Source of the DNA: an uncultured Rivularia sp.
GTDB lineage: Bacteria; Cyanobacteriota; Cyanobacteriia; Cyanobacteriales; Nostocaceae
NCBI GenBank assembly: GCA_963665115.1
Contig: OY762007.1
Location: 7,072,001-7,136,000 of the forward strand
DNA length: 64,000 nt
Direction: 5' to 3'
The translations under genes were made by a program, and so were the position numbers. The notes beneath the pieces were generated by a model that saw only the letters and a program-made list of their open reading frames with translations, had not been told where the DNA came from and ran no database searches. This document shows, piece after piece, positions 34,647-47,117 of this stretch; within the stretch, counting starts at the first letter, position 1, and each line of letters begins with the position of its first letter.

Positions 34647-36248
34647 TCATTTCGCGAAGCATTGCTGATAAAGGTTCACAATTCCTGTTGTTACTTCATC
34701 AATGGTTAGACCATCGGAAATTACTTCTATGGCATCTGCTGCTTTCATTAACGGTGAAACCAGTCTGGTGCTGTCTTTCCAGTCGCGTTCTTTAATGCTA
34801 TTTTCTAGTTCCTCAAGACTGACTTCGGGTTGTCCTTGTTTTTGATAGTCTTGTTGGCGACGACGCGCGCGTTCGGAGACGGTTGCAGTTAAGAAGATTT
34901 TTACCTCAGCATCGGGAAAAACTTGAGTCCCGATATCCCGTCCTTCCGCGACTAAACCGCCTTTTTTACCCCAACCTTGCTGTTGTTTGACTAACGCGCT
35001 TCGCACGGCGCTTTGCGCTGCTATTGCTGATACTTTTGATGTTACCTCGGTCGTCCGAATCTTTTTGGTAACGTCATTACCGTCAATCCAAACCCGCACC
35101 GGCGATTTCAAATCTTCGCTGGGAGTTAATTTGATCGAACAACTGTTAGCCAACTCGGCGATCGCACATTCATCTTCTATTGGAATTCCCTTTTGCAATA
35201 CCAGCCAAGTAACGGCACGGTACATAGCACCTGTATCTAAAAATACTAGCCCTAATTTAGCTGCAACTTGACGAGCTACGGTAGATTTACCGGCACCAGC
35301 GGGTCCATCAATGGCGATTATCGGTTGGCGATCGCGCAAAATTATGTTGTCAATCAATCGTGTAGAGCCAAGACGAGCGGCGATCGCAATCATTCCTTCC
35401 TCCTTAATTTCATCTAAAGGTATTAACGTGTATGGTTCAATCAATTCAATATATTCCACAGATACAGTACTGACCATTGCTATTTCTTTACAAACAGCTT
35501 CAATCAGGGTGCTAGTTTTACGAACTCCATCGCGAAATGCAGCATGAGCTTTTTGCAAACCGCGATACAAAACAGCCGCAGAGTCTTTTTGACTAGCAGT
35601 TAAATACTGGTTGCGGGAACTTAAAGCAAGACCATTCGCTTCCCTAACAATTGGGCAAGCGACAATTTCTATGGGAAAATTAAGATCCGCAACTAATCGT
35701 TTAATGATTGCTAGTTGCTGACCATCCTTTTGACCAAAGTAAGCCCGGTCTGGCTGCACCAAATTAAAAAGCTTGGTAACAATAGTAGCCACACCCTGAA
35801 AATGTCCTAGCCGAGTATTACCACACAAGCCTGATATCATATCAGAAGGTGGAGTCACTTGTGTAACAATTGAATCTTGTATACTCTTCCGAGCAACCCC
35901 AATCTCTTCCGGATTTGGTACAAACATAGCATTTACCCCGGCTTCTTCGCAGAATTTTCGATCCTGTTCCAAAGTACGGGGATAATCTTTGTAATCTTCG
36001 TTCGGTCCAAATTGCAGCGGATTGACAAAAATACTGACAATGACAATGGCATTTTCCTGCCGCGCCCGTTCAATCAAGCTTAAATGTCCTTGATGCAAAG
36101 CTCCCATAGTGGGAACTAAGCCTACTGCCGTTGGGAGACGAGTTGTCATTTCAAGCGGTAACGGCTCCTCAGAATGCAAAGGCTCGCTTTGCCAACGGAG
36201 TTTATCCAAATAGCAGCGTAAAGCTACAACCGTTGTCAACAGGCGCAC
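34647..36248 (-). CDS. panC/cmk: Bifunctional pantoate-beta-alanine ligase / cytidylate kinase
   Basis: PanC motifs PTMGALHQGH, FGQKD and LSSRN fused to Cmk motifs IDGPAGAGKST, DTGAMYR and EGRDIGT. Confidence 0.95.
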   Translation of the reverse strand: MRLLTTVVALRCYLDKLRWQSEPLHSEEPLPLEMTTRLPTAVGLVPTMGALHQGHLSLIERARQENAIVIVSIFVNPLQFGPNEDYKDYPRTLEQDRKFCEEAGVNAMFVPNPEEIGVARKSIQDSIVTQVTPPSDMISGLCGNTRLGHFQGVATIVTKLFNLVQPDRAYFGQKDGQQLAIIKRLVADLNFPIEIVACPIVREANGLALSSRNQYLTASQKDSAAVLYRGLQKAHAAFRDGVRKTSTLIEAVCKEIAMVSTVSVEYIELIEPYTLIPLDEIKEEGMIAIAARLGSTRLIDNIILRDRQPIIAIDGPAGAGKSTVARQVAAKLGLVFLDTGAMYRAVTWLVLQKGIPIEDECAIAELANSCSIKLTPSEDLKSPVRVWIDGNDVTKKIRTTEVTSKVSAIAAQSAVRSALVKQQQGWGKKGGLVAEGRDIGTQVFPDAEVKIFLTATVSERARRRQQDYQKQGQPEVSLEELENSIKERDWKDSTRLVSPLMKAADAIEVISDGLTIDEVTTGIVNLYQQCFAK

Positions 36249-36668
36249 AAAAAATCCTCTATCTACACTAGCTTTCCCCCGTTAGTGTATATCCGAATTC
36301 GGGGAAAGAGAGTATTTAAATAGAGGATTATCAAGATTATTAATGATTTAGGGCATGGGGGATAGGGAATTGGGCCGAAGGGGGGAATTGGGCCGAAGGG
36401 AAGATTGGACGAGGAAGATGGGGAGACAAGGAGACGGGGAGACAAGGGGACACTATTAAAGTAGTGAGTAGTGAGTAGTGAGTAGTAAGTAATGAGTAAT
36501 AAGTAGCGACGAGTAAAAAGATACGTCTCTACGGCAGCGAGATTTATGACAATGAGAAAAAAGTGATTTACTTGCTACTTGCTACTCTCTACTCTTAACT
36601 CTTAACTCCGTGAGCTATCCCAATTTCCCAACCTTTAACCCTTAACCTTTAACCTTTTACCTCAATTC

Positions 36669-37706
36669 CTATCTTCCTAAAACTTCAACTCTAACTGGCG
36701 CAATACCTCTACCAATCATTCCGATAACTCCAGCTGCACCCCTAGAAAGGTCGATGACACGACCGCGAATGAAGGGTCCTCTATCGTTGATTCTTACTAC
36801 CACGGAACGTCCGTTACGCATATTGGTAACGCGAACTCTGGTTCCGAAGGGTAGAGTGCGATGGGCTGCTGTCATTCTTGATGGATTAAATCTTTCACCA
36901 GAAGCAGTCTTTCTACCGGCAAAGTAAGCACCGTAGAAGGAAGCTATACCTCTAAAACCTCTTCTTCCTCTTCTGGCAGTTCTTCTTTTTTTTGTTTGAC
37001 GCTTGCTAGAGGCTGTTTCTTGTACTGCTTGTTCTTTTGGTTTAGTTAGCTCTGGAGGTAAGCCAGCAATTGTTTTTAGAGGAGATGCTTTGCCTACTAG
37101 TCTCCGCAAACGATTGGTTGCTTGCAGAGCATCTTGTCTAAGATTTTGGGTTGCGTCAGGAAGACGGGTTTCACCGTTGATTTCTACAAGTTCGGAGCCG
37201 TCTACTTGGATAACGTAGCGCTCGGCAAGGGTTTTTGCTCCGGACTTCGATTCGGCACTACCGTTCCAGCTAACGGTAATTTGAGAGGCATCTACTTTCT
37301 TATTGATTAAATCGTTGATCTTAGCAGCGACTATATTTGCTTTCTCTACTGGATCGCTATAGTTGCTATCAACTGCTACTGCGTTCTGGACTGCGGTTAC
37401 TTTATTCTCTGAATTTGCCACAGGGACAGAATTCAGAAAGGTAAAAACAGGAATGTTACGAATGTAAAGAGTTGCTGCCTGACGGTCTGCTAACTTATGT
37501 GCGTAAACCTTGGTAACGACATTATTCGAGCCGTTATTTGTTACCTCTACTGCACTTTTTTCTGGTGTTTTTTGAGAGGCAATTGATGCTTCATTTACCG
37601 TCTGAGCGCGGCTCATAGAAGGTGTTCCAACAACGGTTGAAATTACAGCTACAACAGTCAACAAAAGTCTTTGATTCATGCGTCTAATACTAAATAAAGT
37701 TACCAA
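36669..37706 (-). CDS. rlpA: Septal ring lytic transglycosylase RlpA family protein
   Basis: Signal peptide; C-terminal [18 protein letters not shown] and INDRGPF...IDLS domain. Confidence 0.9.
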   Translation of the reverse strand: MVTLFSIRRMNQRLLLTVVAVISTVVGTPSMSRAQTVNEASIASQKTPEKSAVEVTNNGSNNVVTKVYAHKLADRQAATLYIRNIPVFTFLNSVPVANSENKVTAVQNAVAVDSNYSDPVEKANIVAAKINDLINKKVDASQITVSWNGSAESKSGAKTLAERYVIQVDGSELVEINGETRLPDATQNLRQDALQATNRLRRLVGKASPLKTIAGLPPELTKPKEQAVQETASSKRQTKKRRTARRGRRGFRGIASFYGAYFAGRKTASGERFNPSRMTAAHRTLPFGTRVRVTNMRNGRSVVVRINDRGPFIRGRVIDLSRGAAGVIGMIGRGIAPVRVEVLGR

Positions 37707-38647
37707 ATAACTGAGGATTGATTATTCGCGGAACGAATGCACCGTTCGGTCGCAATAATCCCCTCATCTAGAATTCTTTTTCTTTCACTTTTCATTTATT
37801 AACTGCAACAGACTAACACGAAGTTATTGACTTGCGTATCCGAGTAAGGGCGTAGGTAACAGTAAATTTATCAGCATTCAATTTACATTTCAAGGGTAAA
37901 AGCTTTACCAATTCTTGATTTAGGCAATGTAACATTTTTTTGATAAATTACAAAATTTAATTATTATAATTTGGGCTATTTAAAAATCAAATCAATTGAC
38001 TATTTTTTTGTTTCTTACCTAATATTTTATACAAACGCAAGTCTTATAAAACTATTCAATTGGATATTTTTTTTAACTAATAAATGCTTAGGTGATATCT
38101 CATTACTTTAAAAAATACTATCACATTCCCCGTATTAGTTCAGTTCTTATAATCACCCGTATTCAAAGGCGCAATCTATGTTATGACCGTGTAAATAGTG
38201 TAATTACTGAGGATAATTGATAATTTAGATGATACGGACTTAAAGAGTTTAAGTTTAATTAGATACTAATAATTAATTTATATCCGTTGTACGCAAAATA
38301 AGTTAAATCGCTGATAAACGATTGACATTTGTTTATCTGAAGGTAAATTAGTTACATTGGCTTAAGTATAAATAATACGGCTGATATTACTTTTACTGAA
38401 TTAATATTTTGTTCTTAAAAAATAACAAACTATGAGATAATACTTGGCATAAATATTTTTTTGACCCCAAAAGCGATCGATATTGTTAATTCTGAAAACC
38501 GCAGGTTGTGCTATTTGTCAAGGGCGAATAATATTGAATGCGATCTATGGTTAATTATTGATAATTTCAGCAATATATGGTTCTAATCCTCTCCGAAATT
38601 TCAAAGAGGGCGATTTTGTATAGACAGGCTACTGGGATTGCAAACTA

Positions 38648-39330
38648 TTTAAACTGTTCCAACTATACCTGCACTTTGATTCGCCATTCTATCGACGGCG
38701 CATATAGCATAAGTTCCAGGTTCAACGGTGGCAAATGTTGTACCTTTTGATCAAACTCGCTGAAGTTTCCAGTTGCTACCACTATGAATATAAAGTGCCC
38801 AAGAACGAATTTCACCACCCCCAGTAGCCCTTTGAATTTTTCAGCGATATCTTGACGATTTTCTTCAATCGCACTGGCGCTAAAGAAAATATTCCCTAAC
38901 GATAACTGTTCGCGCAAACTACGACTAATGGTTACTTGCTGGATGATTTCTCTTTGTTTCCAAGCTTTCGCATCTAAACGCGCAATTGTATTACCTACAT
39001 AGATGTGTCGCTGTTTGGAATTTATGCTCATCCACCAGCGCAGCAATACGGGATAACTTTGCGCGGCTTGGTCGATACGCCAATATAGTTGCGGTGCGAT
39101 ATAATCCAACTAACCTTGCTGCAACCATTTCTTGGCATCGGCGTAAAGTATGTCGTAAGCGTCTAAACCTTTAATTCCAACAGGTTGTCCCCGCACGGTA
39201 AATTCCGAAAGGACTAATACCAAATTTGACATCAGATTTGGCTGAGTTGATACCTTGCCACAGACGCTGCATCATTGTACTCACATTATTTCTACGCCAG
39301 TCATTTAAACTTAATCTTCCACCAGCTAAA
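38648..39330 (-). pseudogene. Degraded GHL10/UPF0748 (YddW/DigH-like) glycoside hydrolase
   Basis: DWRRNNV, KFGISPFGIY, ADAKKW and DYIAPQLYW are present. The 5' half is missing, there is a frameshift at 39189-39192 and an in-frame TAG at 39110-39112, and the C-terminal part (CAVDRMANQS) is in another frame. Confidence 0.8.
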
Positions 39331-39333
39331 TCG

Positions 39334-39420
39334 CTCTCAGCCTGGAAGGCTGGAGCTACACTTACGAAGCCCACCTGCGTGGGCTGAATTAAGCGCAGCT
39401 TTGTAAAGAAATGGTATTAG
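39334..39420. mobile_element. Two-hairpin element (copy 2) plus a MITE terminus at the GHL10 breakpoint
   Basis: CAGCCT-GGA-AGGCTG...AGCCCACCTGCGTGGGCT, followed by ...GCGCAGCTTTGTAAAGAAATGGTATTAG. Confidence 0.7.
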
Positions 39421-39722
39421 AAGTTAAAAGTTAGTAATTAATGGTTGACTACATAAGTTTTGAAGGGTAATACATTCGTAGTGGGAGCGTCTCGCTCTCT
39501 ACTTATCTCCCACTTATTTCCTACTGGTAACATCTACTTACAACAACCAAATAAGACTAAATTCTAAATTCCCTATTCCCCAAGCAGTTATTTTCAATAC
39601 ATAAACGACAAATCTTAGATTACAAGGAATTTAATTAAAGAAATTGAGTGCAATCTCACTTGATATCCCGATTAAATCGTTCATAAACTGTAATAGTAAT
39701 TTAGCTGTAGATATATTTAGTT

Positions 39723-40184
39723 TTGTTAGGGATATTGCGTAAATTTACTTATCTATTATTTTTATCTAGTCTAATCTGTATATTAGCTTTTTCCTACGTC
39801 AGCGAAAAATCACCACCTGTAGCTTGCCGTGACTGGGGATTTTCCTCCAAAGCTGAAAAATACTATACTTATCCAGAAAAGATTGTAGTAGAACCTTGGC
39901 GAGGGCAACATCATGTATATGGTATATTTCAGATTCCGGGCGGTTATCTTAACGATAGAATGTTAAAGATCGAAATACCGGGTAGTAAAACTTACTGCGG
40001 GATACTTGCTTACGGTGGTACTGTTGCAATTGATGGCGTTTATCCTAAACCCGGACATTATTTAATGAAGGGAATGTTGAATACTCGCTTTGCGATGAAG
40101 TTGATTTTGCAGGGTAAAGAAGATGAATTGAAGCAACCAGATAATTGGAAGTTGGGATATGCGAAGATTGAGGAGAAGAGTTAG
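39723..40184 (+). CDS. Hypothetical exported/membrane-anchored protein
   Basis: N-terminal hydrophobic helix in a 153-aa ORF; family not recognised. Confidence 0.6.
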   Translation: MLGILRKFTYLLFLSSLICILAFSYVSEKSPPVACRDWGFSSKAEKYYTYPEKIVVEPWRGQHHVYGIFQIPGGYLNDRMLKIEIPGSKTYCGILAYGGTVAIDGVYPKPGHYLMKGMLNTRFAMKLILQGKEDELKQPDNWKLGYAKIEEKS

Positions 40185-40276
40185 GAGTTAGGAGTTAAAA
40201 GTTAGGAATTAAAAACTATAAGTTATAAATTTAAAGATATTTATCTATTCCCCATACCCAATTCCCAATTACCAGT

Positions 40277-41483
40277 TCACAACAACATCCCCGCAATACA
40301 GGCTGTCATAAAACAGGCGATCGCACCACCAATCATTGCTCGAACTCCCATTTGCGCTAAATCTGCTTGACGATTGGGGGCTATTGCTCCAATTCCACCA
40401 ATTTGAATACCTATAGCTCCAATATTAGAAAATCCACAGAGAGCGTAAGTAGCAATTATTCGCGCTCTTTCGGAAATTGCTTCGTCTGCTACCATTTTTT
40501 GTAGGTCTTGGTAGGCGACAAATTCGTTTAAAACAGTCTTTTTGCCCAGTAGAATAGCTACTTGTCCGCAATCTGCCCAGGGTATACCCATCAACCAAGC
40601 TACGGGAGCAAGTAGGTAAGAAAATATCCACTCTAATGAAAGTTGTGGTAAACCAACTAGGGAACCAACATAGCCTAAAATACCGTTTACTAGAGCCAAA
40701 AGTGCTAAAAAAGCAATCAACATTGCAGCAACGTTTAAAGCTAATTTCATTCCTTCACTAGCGCCAGTTGCTGCTGCATCAATTCCGTTGGAATAAGGAC
40801 TTTCTACTTTGATTTTTACTTCACCGGAGGTGGGAGAGTCTTCGGTTTCGGGATAAAGTACTTTAGAAATAGCTAATGCTGCGGGTGCAGACATCACCGA
40901 AGCAGCAATTAAATGTTCTGCTGACACCCCAAAGGATATGTAAGCAGCCATTACACCACCTGCTATAGTGGCAAATCCTCCTGTCATAATCGCGTGTAAT
41001 TCGGAGCGAGTCATTGTTGCTACATAAGGTTTGATTAGTAAAGGTGCTTCAGATTGTCCGACAAAAATATTCGCAGCAGCGCTAAGAGATTCCGAACCCG
41101 ATGTTTTCATCGTTTTTATCATCGCTGATGCGACGACTTGAATCACTCTTTGCAAGATACCGTAGTGGTACAAGATGGTGATGAAGGAAGAGAAAAAGAT
41201 GATTGTGGGTAGTACTTTGAAAGCAATGTAGTGTTCTTCAAAGTTATCCCCAAATACGAATTTGGCTCCAGCATCGGAATAGTTAAGAAATTGACTTACT
41301 ACGTCTCCAAGGAATTTGAATACAACGAAACCGGGTTTTGTTCTCAGAATTAATATTCCAAAAATTAGCTGTAAAGCAATCCCCCACAGCACCGGAAACC
41401 CAACGAATAGCACGACGGTTGACAGATAAACCGTAAGAAATTCCCACAAATGCGAATATTCCGAGTAACGATACTAATTGCAT
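40277..41483 (-). CDS. NupC/CNT family nucleoside transporter (+1 frameshift at 41399-41401)
   Basis: MQLVSLLG...AIRW|FPVLWG, NIFVGQSEAP, GFATIAGGV, NEFVAY and YALCGFSN. Confidence 0.92.
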
Positions 41484-41699
41484 AATCGGTTATTTGTTAG
41501 TGGATAGTTGTTAGGAGTTAGGAGTTAAGGGTTAGGAATGTAGCGGGAGCGTCTCGCTCCCTGGTGACAAATAAAGGGGTGAATTTTAATTTCTCTCGCC
41601 ATTTTCCCATCTCCCCAATACCCAATACTCCATCCGTGATAGAAATACCAGCCAACGGGGAACTCTAATATAAGGACTTTATAAAATGAGCAGATAAAA

Positions 41700-44600
41700 A
41701 TGGTTGTTATTACTGGTTATGAGATTCTGGAAAAAATTTATGAAAGCTCAAATTCTGCGGTTTACCGGGGAGTACGAGGGGAAGATAATCAACCAATTAT
41801 TCTTAAAGTTCTTAAACAAGATTGTTTGAATCCTTTACAGTTGACTCGTTATAAGCAGGAGTATGAAATCATTTGCAATCTGGAACATCGTGGAATTATC
41901 AAGGCTTACGATTTACAAAACGATCGTTATTTGACGATGATTTTGGAGGATTTCGGGGGAGAGTCGTTGAGGAATTTACTCTCTCGAAGGGAATTTAATT
42001 TGGTGGAATCTTTGGAAATTGCTTGTCAAATTACTGATAGTTTGGCTGAAATTCATGCAGCGCAAGTTATTCATAAGGATATTAATCCTAGCAATATTGT
42101 TTTTAATCCCGTAAATAAACAGCTGAAAATTATTGATTTTGGTATTTCGACAAGATTGGGAAGCGAACATACTGTTTTATCTAGTCCGAATGCTTTAGAG
42201 GGAACTTTAGCATATATTTCTCCGGAACAAACTGGAAGAATGAATCGTTCTCTCGATTACCGCACGGATCTTTACTCTTTGGGTGTAACTTTATATGAAT
42301 TATTTACCCATAAGTTACCTTTTACTGGTGATGATCCGATGGAGTTGATTCATTGCCATCTCGCTAAACAACCTGTTTCTCCGGCGAGAATTAATCCTAA
42401 GATTCCTCGAATGGTTTCAGCGATTGTGATGAAGCTGATGGCAAAAACGGCTGAGGAACGCTATCAAAGTGTTTGGGGAATTAAAGCCGATTTGGAAACT
42501 TGTTTGCTTCAGTTACAAAATTATGACTGCATAATTGATTTTGATTTGGGTAAAGAAGATATTTCTCATCAGTTCAATATTCCTCAAAAGCTTTATGGAA
42601 GGGAACAAGAAGTTTCTACGTTGTTAGCTGCATTTGAACGAGTTGTAAATGCAGTTAGTAAAACTGAAATGATTTTAGTTAAGGGTTATTCGGGTATTGG
42701 TAAATCTGCTTTGGTAAAAGAAATTTATCAACCGATTACTCGTCAGCGTGGTTATTTTATTTCGGGTAAGTTCGACCAGTTTCAACGAAATATTCCTTAT
42801 TCTGCTGTCGTTAAAGCTTTGAGTGGATTGGTAAAACAGCTTTTAACTGAAAGTGAACTACAATTGCAAGAGTGGAAGCAAAAGCTATTAGCTGCTATTG
42901 AGCCAAATGCTCAAATCATTATCGATGTAATTCCTGAAGTGGAAATAATTGTCGGGAAGCAATCCTCTGTGGAAAAATTAGGAGGAAATGAAGCTCAAAA
43001 TCGGTTTAATTCTGTTTTTAAAAGCTTTATTCGTGTTTTTTGTCAAGCTGAACATCCGCTGGTTTTATTCTTAGATGATTTACAGTGGGCTGATTCGGCT
43101 AGTTTACAGTTAATTGAATTGATGATGACTGACGATAAAATGCATCATCTGTTATTAATTGGTGCGTATCGAGATAATGAAGTTGATGCTGGTTATCCGT
43201 TAATTATTTTACTAGAAAAATTGAACCTTGAGGCATCTATTAATCAAATTCATTTAACTCCTCTGAACCAAGATAATATTACCAATTTAATTACTGATAC
43301 TTTACATAGAGATAGCAACGATGCGAAGTGTCTGGCAAAATTAGTTGCCGATAAAACTGGTGGTAATCCTTTCTTCGTCAATCAATTTCTCTACAACTTA
43401 TATTCCGAAAAATTAATTTACTTCCATACATCACAAAGTGGAGAAAAACCGGGATGGGAATGGGATATTTCCCAAATCGAAGCGATGGATATCACCGATA
43501 ACGTTGTAGATTTGATGGTATCTAAATTAATTAAACTACCATTATCTACTCAGAAAGTGTTGCGTTTAGCAGCCTGTATCGGCAATCGCTTCACCTTAAA
43601 TACTCTGGCAATCGTCAGCGAACTTACCGTAATAGAAGTTTTTCAAAATTTAGCGATCGCCATTAAGCAAGGTTTGATATTACCAACTTCTGGATTAGAG
43701 TTTCTGAATTTAGAAATGCTGAATTCACAACTTATTATTAATAATTTTAAATTTTTACATGATAAGGTTCAACAAGCAGCTTATTCATTAATTGCAGAAC
43801 ATGAAAAACAAGCAGTTCATTTACAAATTGCCTGGTTGCTACATTCTAGTTTTTCCGCACAACACAAAGTCGAGCATATTTTTGAACTGGTAGACCATTT
43901 CAATTTAGGTAGAAAATTAATTATTAATGATAGAGATAAAATTGAATTAGTCAAACTAAATTTATCTGCGGCTAAAAAAGCTAAAGATGCTATTGCATAC
44001 AGCGCTGCTAAAGAATATTTAACTATTAGTCGGTCAGAATTACCTGCTTCTAGTTGGTTTGATTTTTACGAATTAACTTTAGATATTCATAAACTACTTG
44101 CTGAAGTTGAATATTACAACAGCAATTTTGAAGCTTCAGAATCTTTAATTAATTTAATTATTGAAAAAGCCAAAACGGATGAAGATAAAGCAGATATCCA
44201 CATATTGTTAACTGCCCAGTATACGATGCTGGGTAAATTCAGTGAAGCGATAGCATCAGCTAGAAAAGGATTGCAATACCTCGGAGTTGATTTACCCGAA
44301 CAGAATTTGGAATCAGCCTTAGAAGTAGAAGTCATTAAAGCGAACAAACTTCTTGAAGGAAAAGAAATTGCTTCATTGATAAATCAACCGGATATGATAA
44401 TACCAGATAAGATTATTTCAACTAAATTGTTAATAAGTATAGAGCAAGCCTGCTATTTATCTAACCAAAAGCTTTATCGTTTAGTTGTTATTAAAACACT
44501 TAATTTCTCTTTAGAATATGGTAGTTTAGCAGAATCGGTAAATAGCTATAGTACTTACGGTACTTTATTAGGTTCGATTTGGGGAGAATATCAGAAAGGT

Positions 44601-46998
44601 TACGAATTTGGAAAATTGGCTTTAAATATTAGTGAAAAATACCATAATCTAAATCAAAAATGTAAAGGATGTTTTCTATCTATAGCTTTTCAGATAGCTT
44701 GGGTAAAGTATATTAAATTCACTAATGAAATTTCTGAAGAGGGATTTAAAGCAGGTATAGAATCTGGTGATTTGCAGTATTGCGGCTATATTTTAGCTTT
44801 TCAGTCGTTTAACATTTTTCATGAAGGCATCAATATTGAAAAACAAATTTATAAAGTAGATAAAGTTTTACAATTTGTGAGCACAAATGTAAGTGAATTA
44901 GGAAAAGATATTGCTTGGGCTGCGAAATTATGTTTAATGAACCTAAATGCCGAAACAAAGGAATTACTTGATTTTGATAGTCCTGAGTTGAGCGAAGCAG
45001 AATACATTCAAAGCTGTAAGGAACACAAAAGCTATATGCCTTTGTTTGATTACTATACTCTTAAGTCTTTCATACTGTATCTTTATAATAAACCAGTTGA
45101 AGCTTTAGAAACAGTAATTGAAGCAGAAAAATTACAAGAATTTGGTATTGGCTTGATTACAATTGCCGACCAAAATTTTTACCAATCTCTTATCTTAACA
45201 GCATTATATCCTGCTGCAACTTTTGTAGAACAAAAACAATATTGGCATCAATTAGAACGAAATCAAGAACAAATGCAAATTTGGTCTGATAATTGTGAAG
45301 CCAATTTTTTACATAAGTACTTAATTATAGAAGCGGAAATATCGCGAATTTCTGGTAATAAATTAGAAGCAATGGAATTATATGACTTGGCTATTGCTTC
45401 TGCAAAAACCCATAATTTTATCCAAAATGAAGCTTTAGCTAACGAATTAGCGGCAAAATTTTGGTTAGGAATGAATAAAGAAGATTTCGCTCAATTTTAT
45501 CTCCGCAAAGCTTACAATGCTTATCAAGCTTGGGGTGCTAAATTTAAAATAGCAGCTTTGGAAAGTCAATATTCTTTCTGGTTAAATCCCAAATTGGCAA
45601 ACTCTTCACATAATTCACTTACAAATACCCAAACAACCATAACTCAAAATTCTACAACTACCGAATTAAGAGAATCATTAGATATTGATACCGTTTTGAA
45701 AGCTTCTCAAACTATTTCTAACGAAATTCTATTAGCGGAATTGATTGACAAGTTAATGAAAATAGTAATTGAAAATGCAGGAGCGCAAACCGGGTATTTA
45801 ATTTTTCTCAGCGATGGAGAATTAATTATTGAAGCGGTAATTAATGCTGATGGAACTGTAAAATCCCAAAATTCTCTTTCGATTACAGCTTTCAATAATT
45901 TACCAATTTCAGTTCTCAATTACGTTGCTAGAACCCATACTGACGTTTTACTCGATGAAGCAAACCAGACGAGTGAATTTGCTGATGATGCTTATTTTAT
46001 AGAACAAAAACCGAAATCAGTTTTATGTATTCCGATTTTGCATCAAGGTAAATTAATCGCCATTCTTTATCTAGAAAATAATCTTACCACCGCAGCTTTC
46101 CCCCCAGAGCGCTTAAAATTACTCAAACTTATTTGTTCTCAAGCGGCTATTTCTATCAAAAATGCGACTCTTTACAATACCTTAGAACAAAAAGTAGCAG
46201 AAAGAACTCAACAACTTTCTCAAGCTTTAGAAAATTTACAAGCTACTCAAAAACAACTTGTAGAGTCAGAAAAAATGGCTGCATTAGGTAGTCTTGTTGC
46301 AGGAGTAGCTCACGAAATTAATACTCCGGTAGGTACTAGTATCACCGCTGCTTCTACTTTAAAAGATGAAACAACTACCTTTAATAATGCTGTTATGGAA
46401 GGACAATTAAAGCGTTCTTCTTTAAACAATTATCTCGAAATTGCCAGCGAAAGCAGCAATTTAATTTTAAATAATCTTAATCGTGCTTCCGACTTAATTC
46501 AAAGCTTCAAACAGGTAGCTGTTGATTCTTCCCATTTAGAAAAGCGCGAATTTGCTATCAAACCCTATATCGAAGAAATTCTAAATAGTCTTGCACCCAA
46601 ATTCAAACATACCGCTCTCACTTTGACGGTGGAAGGTGAAAATGACATTAAAGTAGATACTTATCCCGGAGCTATAGCGCAAATTGTCACCAATTTCGTC
46701 ATGAATTCTTTAAATCACGCTTATCAACCGGGAGAAAAAGGACAGCTACGTTTCCAAATTACCCAGGAACAGGATAAATTCACCATTGAATACAGCGATG
46801 ACGGTTGCGGTATTTCCCCAGAAAATTTAAGTAAAATCTTTGAACCGTTTTTTACCACTGCTAGAAACCAAGGTGGTACTGGATTAGGGACTGCATATCG
46901 TATATAACCTAGTTACTCAGAAACTTCGAGGCAAAGTTGATGTTAGAAGTCAAGTGAGTTTGGGAACAATATTTATAATCGCGTTGCCTTTGTGTTGA
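41700..46998 (+). CDS. Trifunctional Ser/Thr kinase - AAA ATPase - GAF - histidine kinase (+1 frameshift at 46887-46889; true stop 46998)
   Basis: IHKDINPSN, DFG, GYSGIGKS, FLDDLQWAD, a GAF domain (LYLENN) and VAHEINTP. Removing one G gives GGTGLGLHIVYNLVTQKLRG...GTIF. Confidence 0.9.
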
Positions 46999-47062
46999 TT
47001 AAAAGGCAATTGTCACTAATAGTTCGCGATATTGAATTTAATGAGCTAATAAAGGTTCGTAC

Positions 47063-47090
47063 TAAGGACTTTAGTCCTCACTACGAACCT
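47063..47090. repeat. Palindromic small dispersed repeat
   Basis: AGGTTCGTACTAAGGACTTTAGTCCTCACTACGAACCT is an imperfect inverted repeat in the intergenic gap (coordinates approximate). Confidence 0.55.
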
Positions 47091-47117
47091 ATAAAAATTA
47101 CTAGTGGATTAATATAT

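Noticed and set aside
46992..47117. N-terminal extension of the hybrid kinase
   Set aside because: It overlaps the corrected end of the upstream kinase and runs through a palindromic repeat. ATG 47118 is more plausible.
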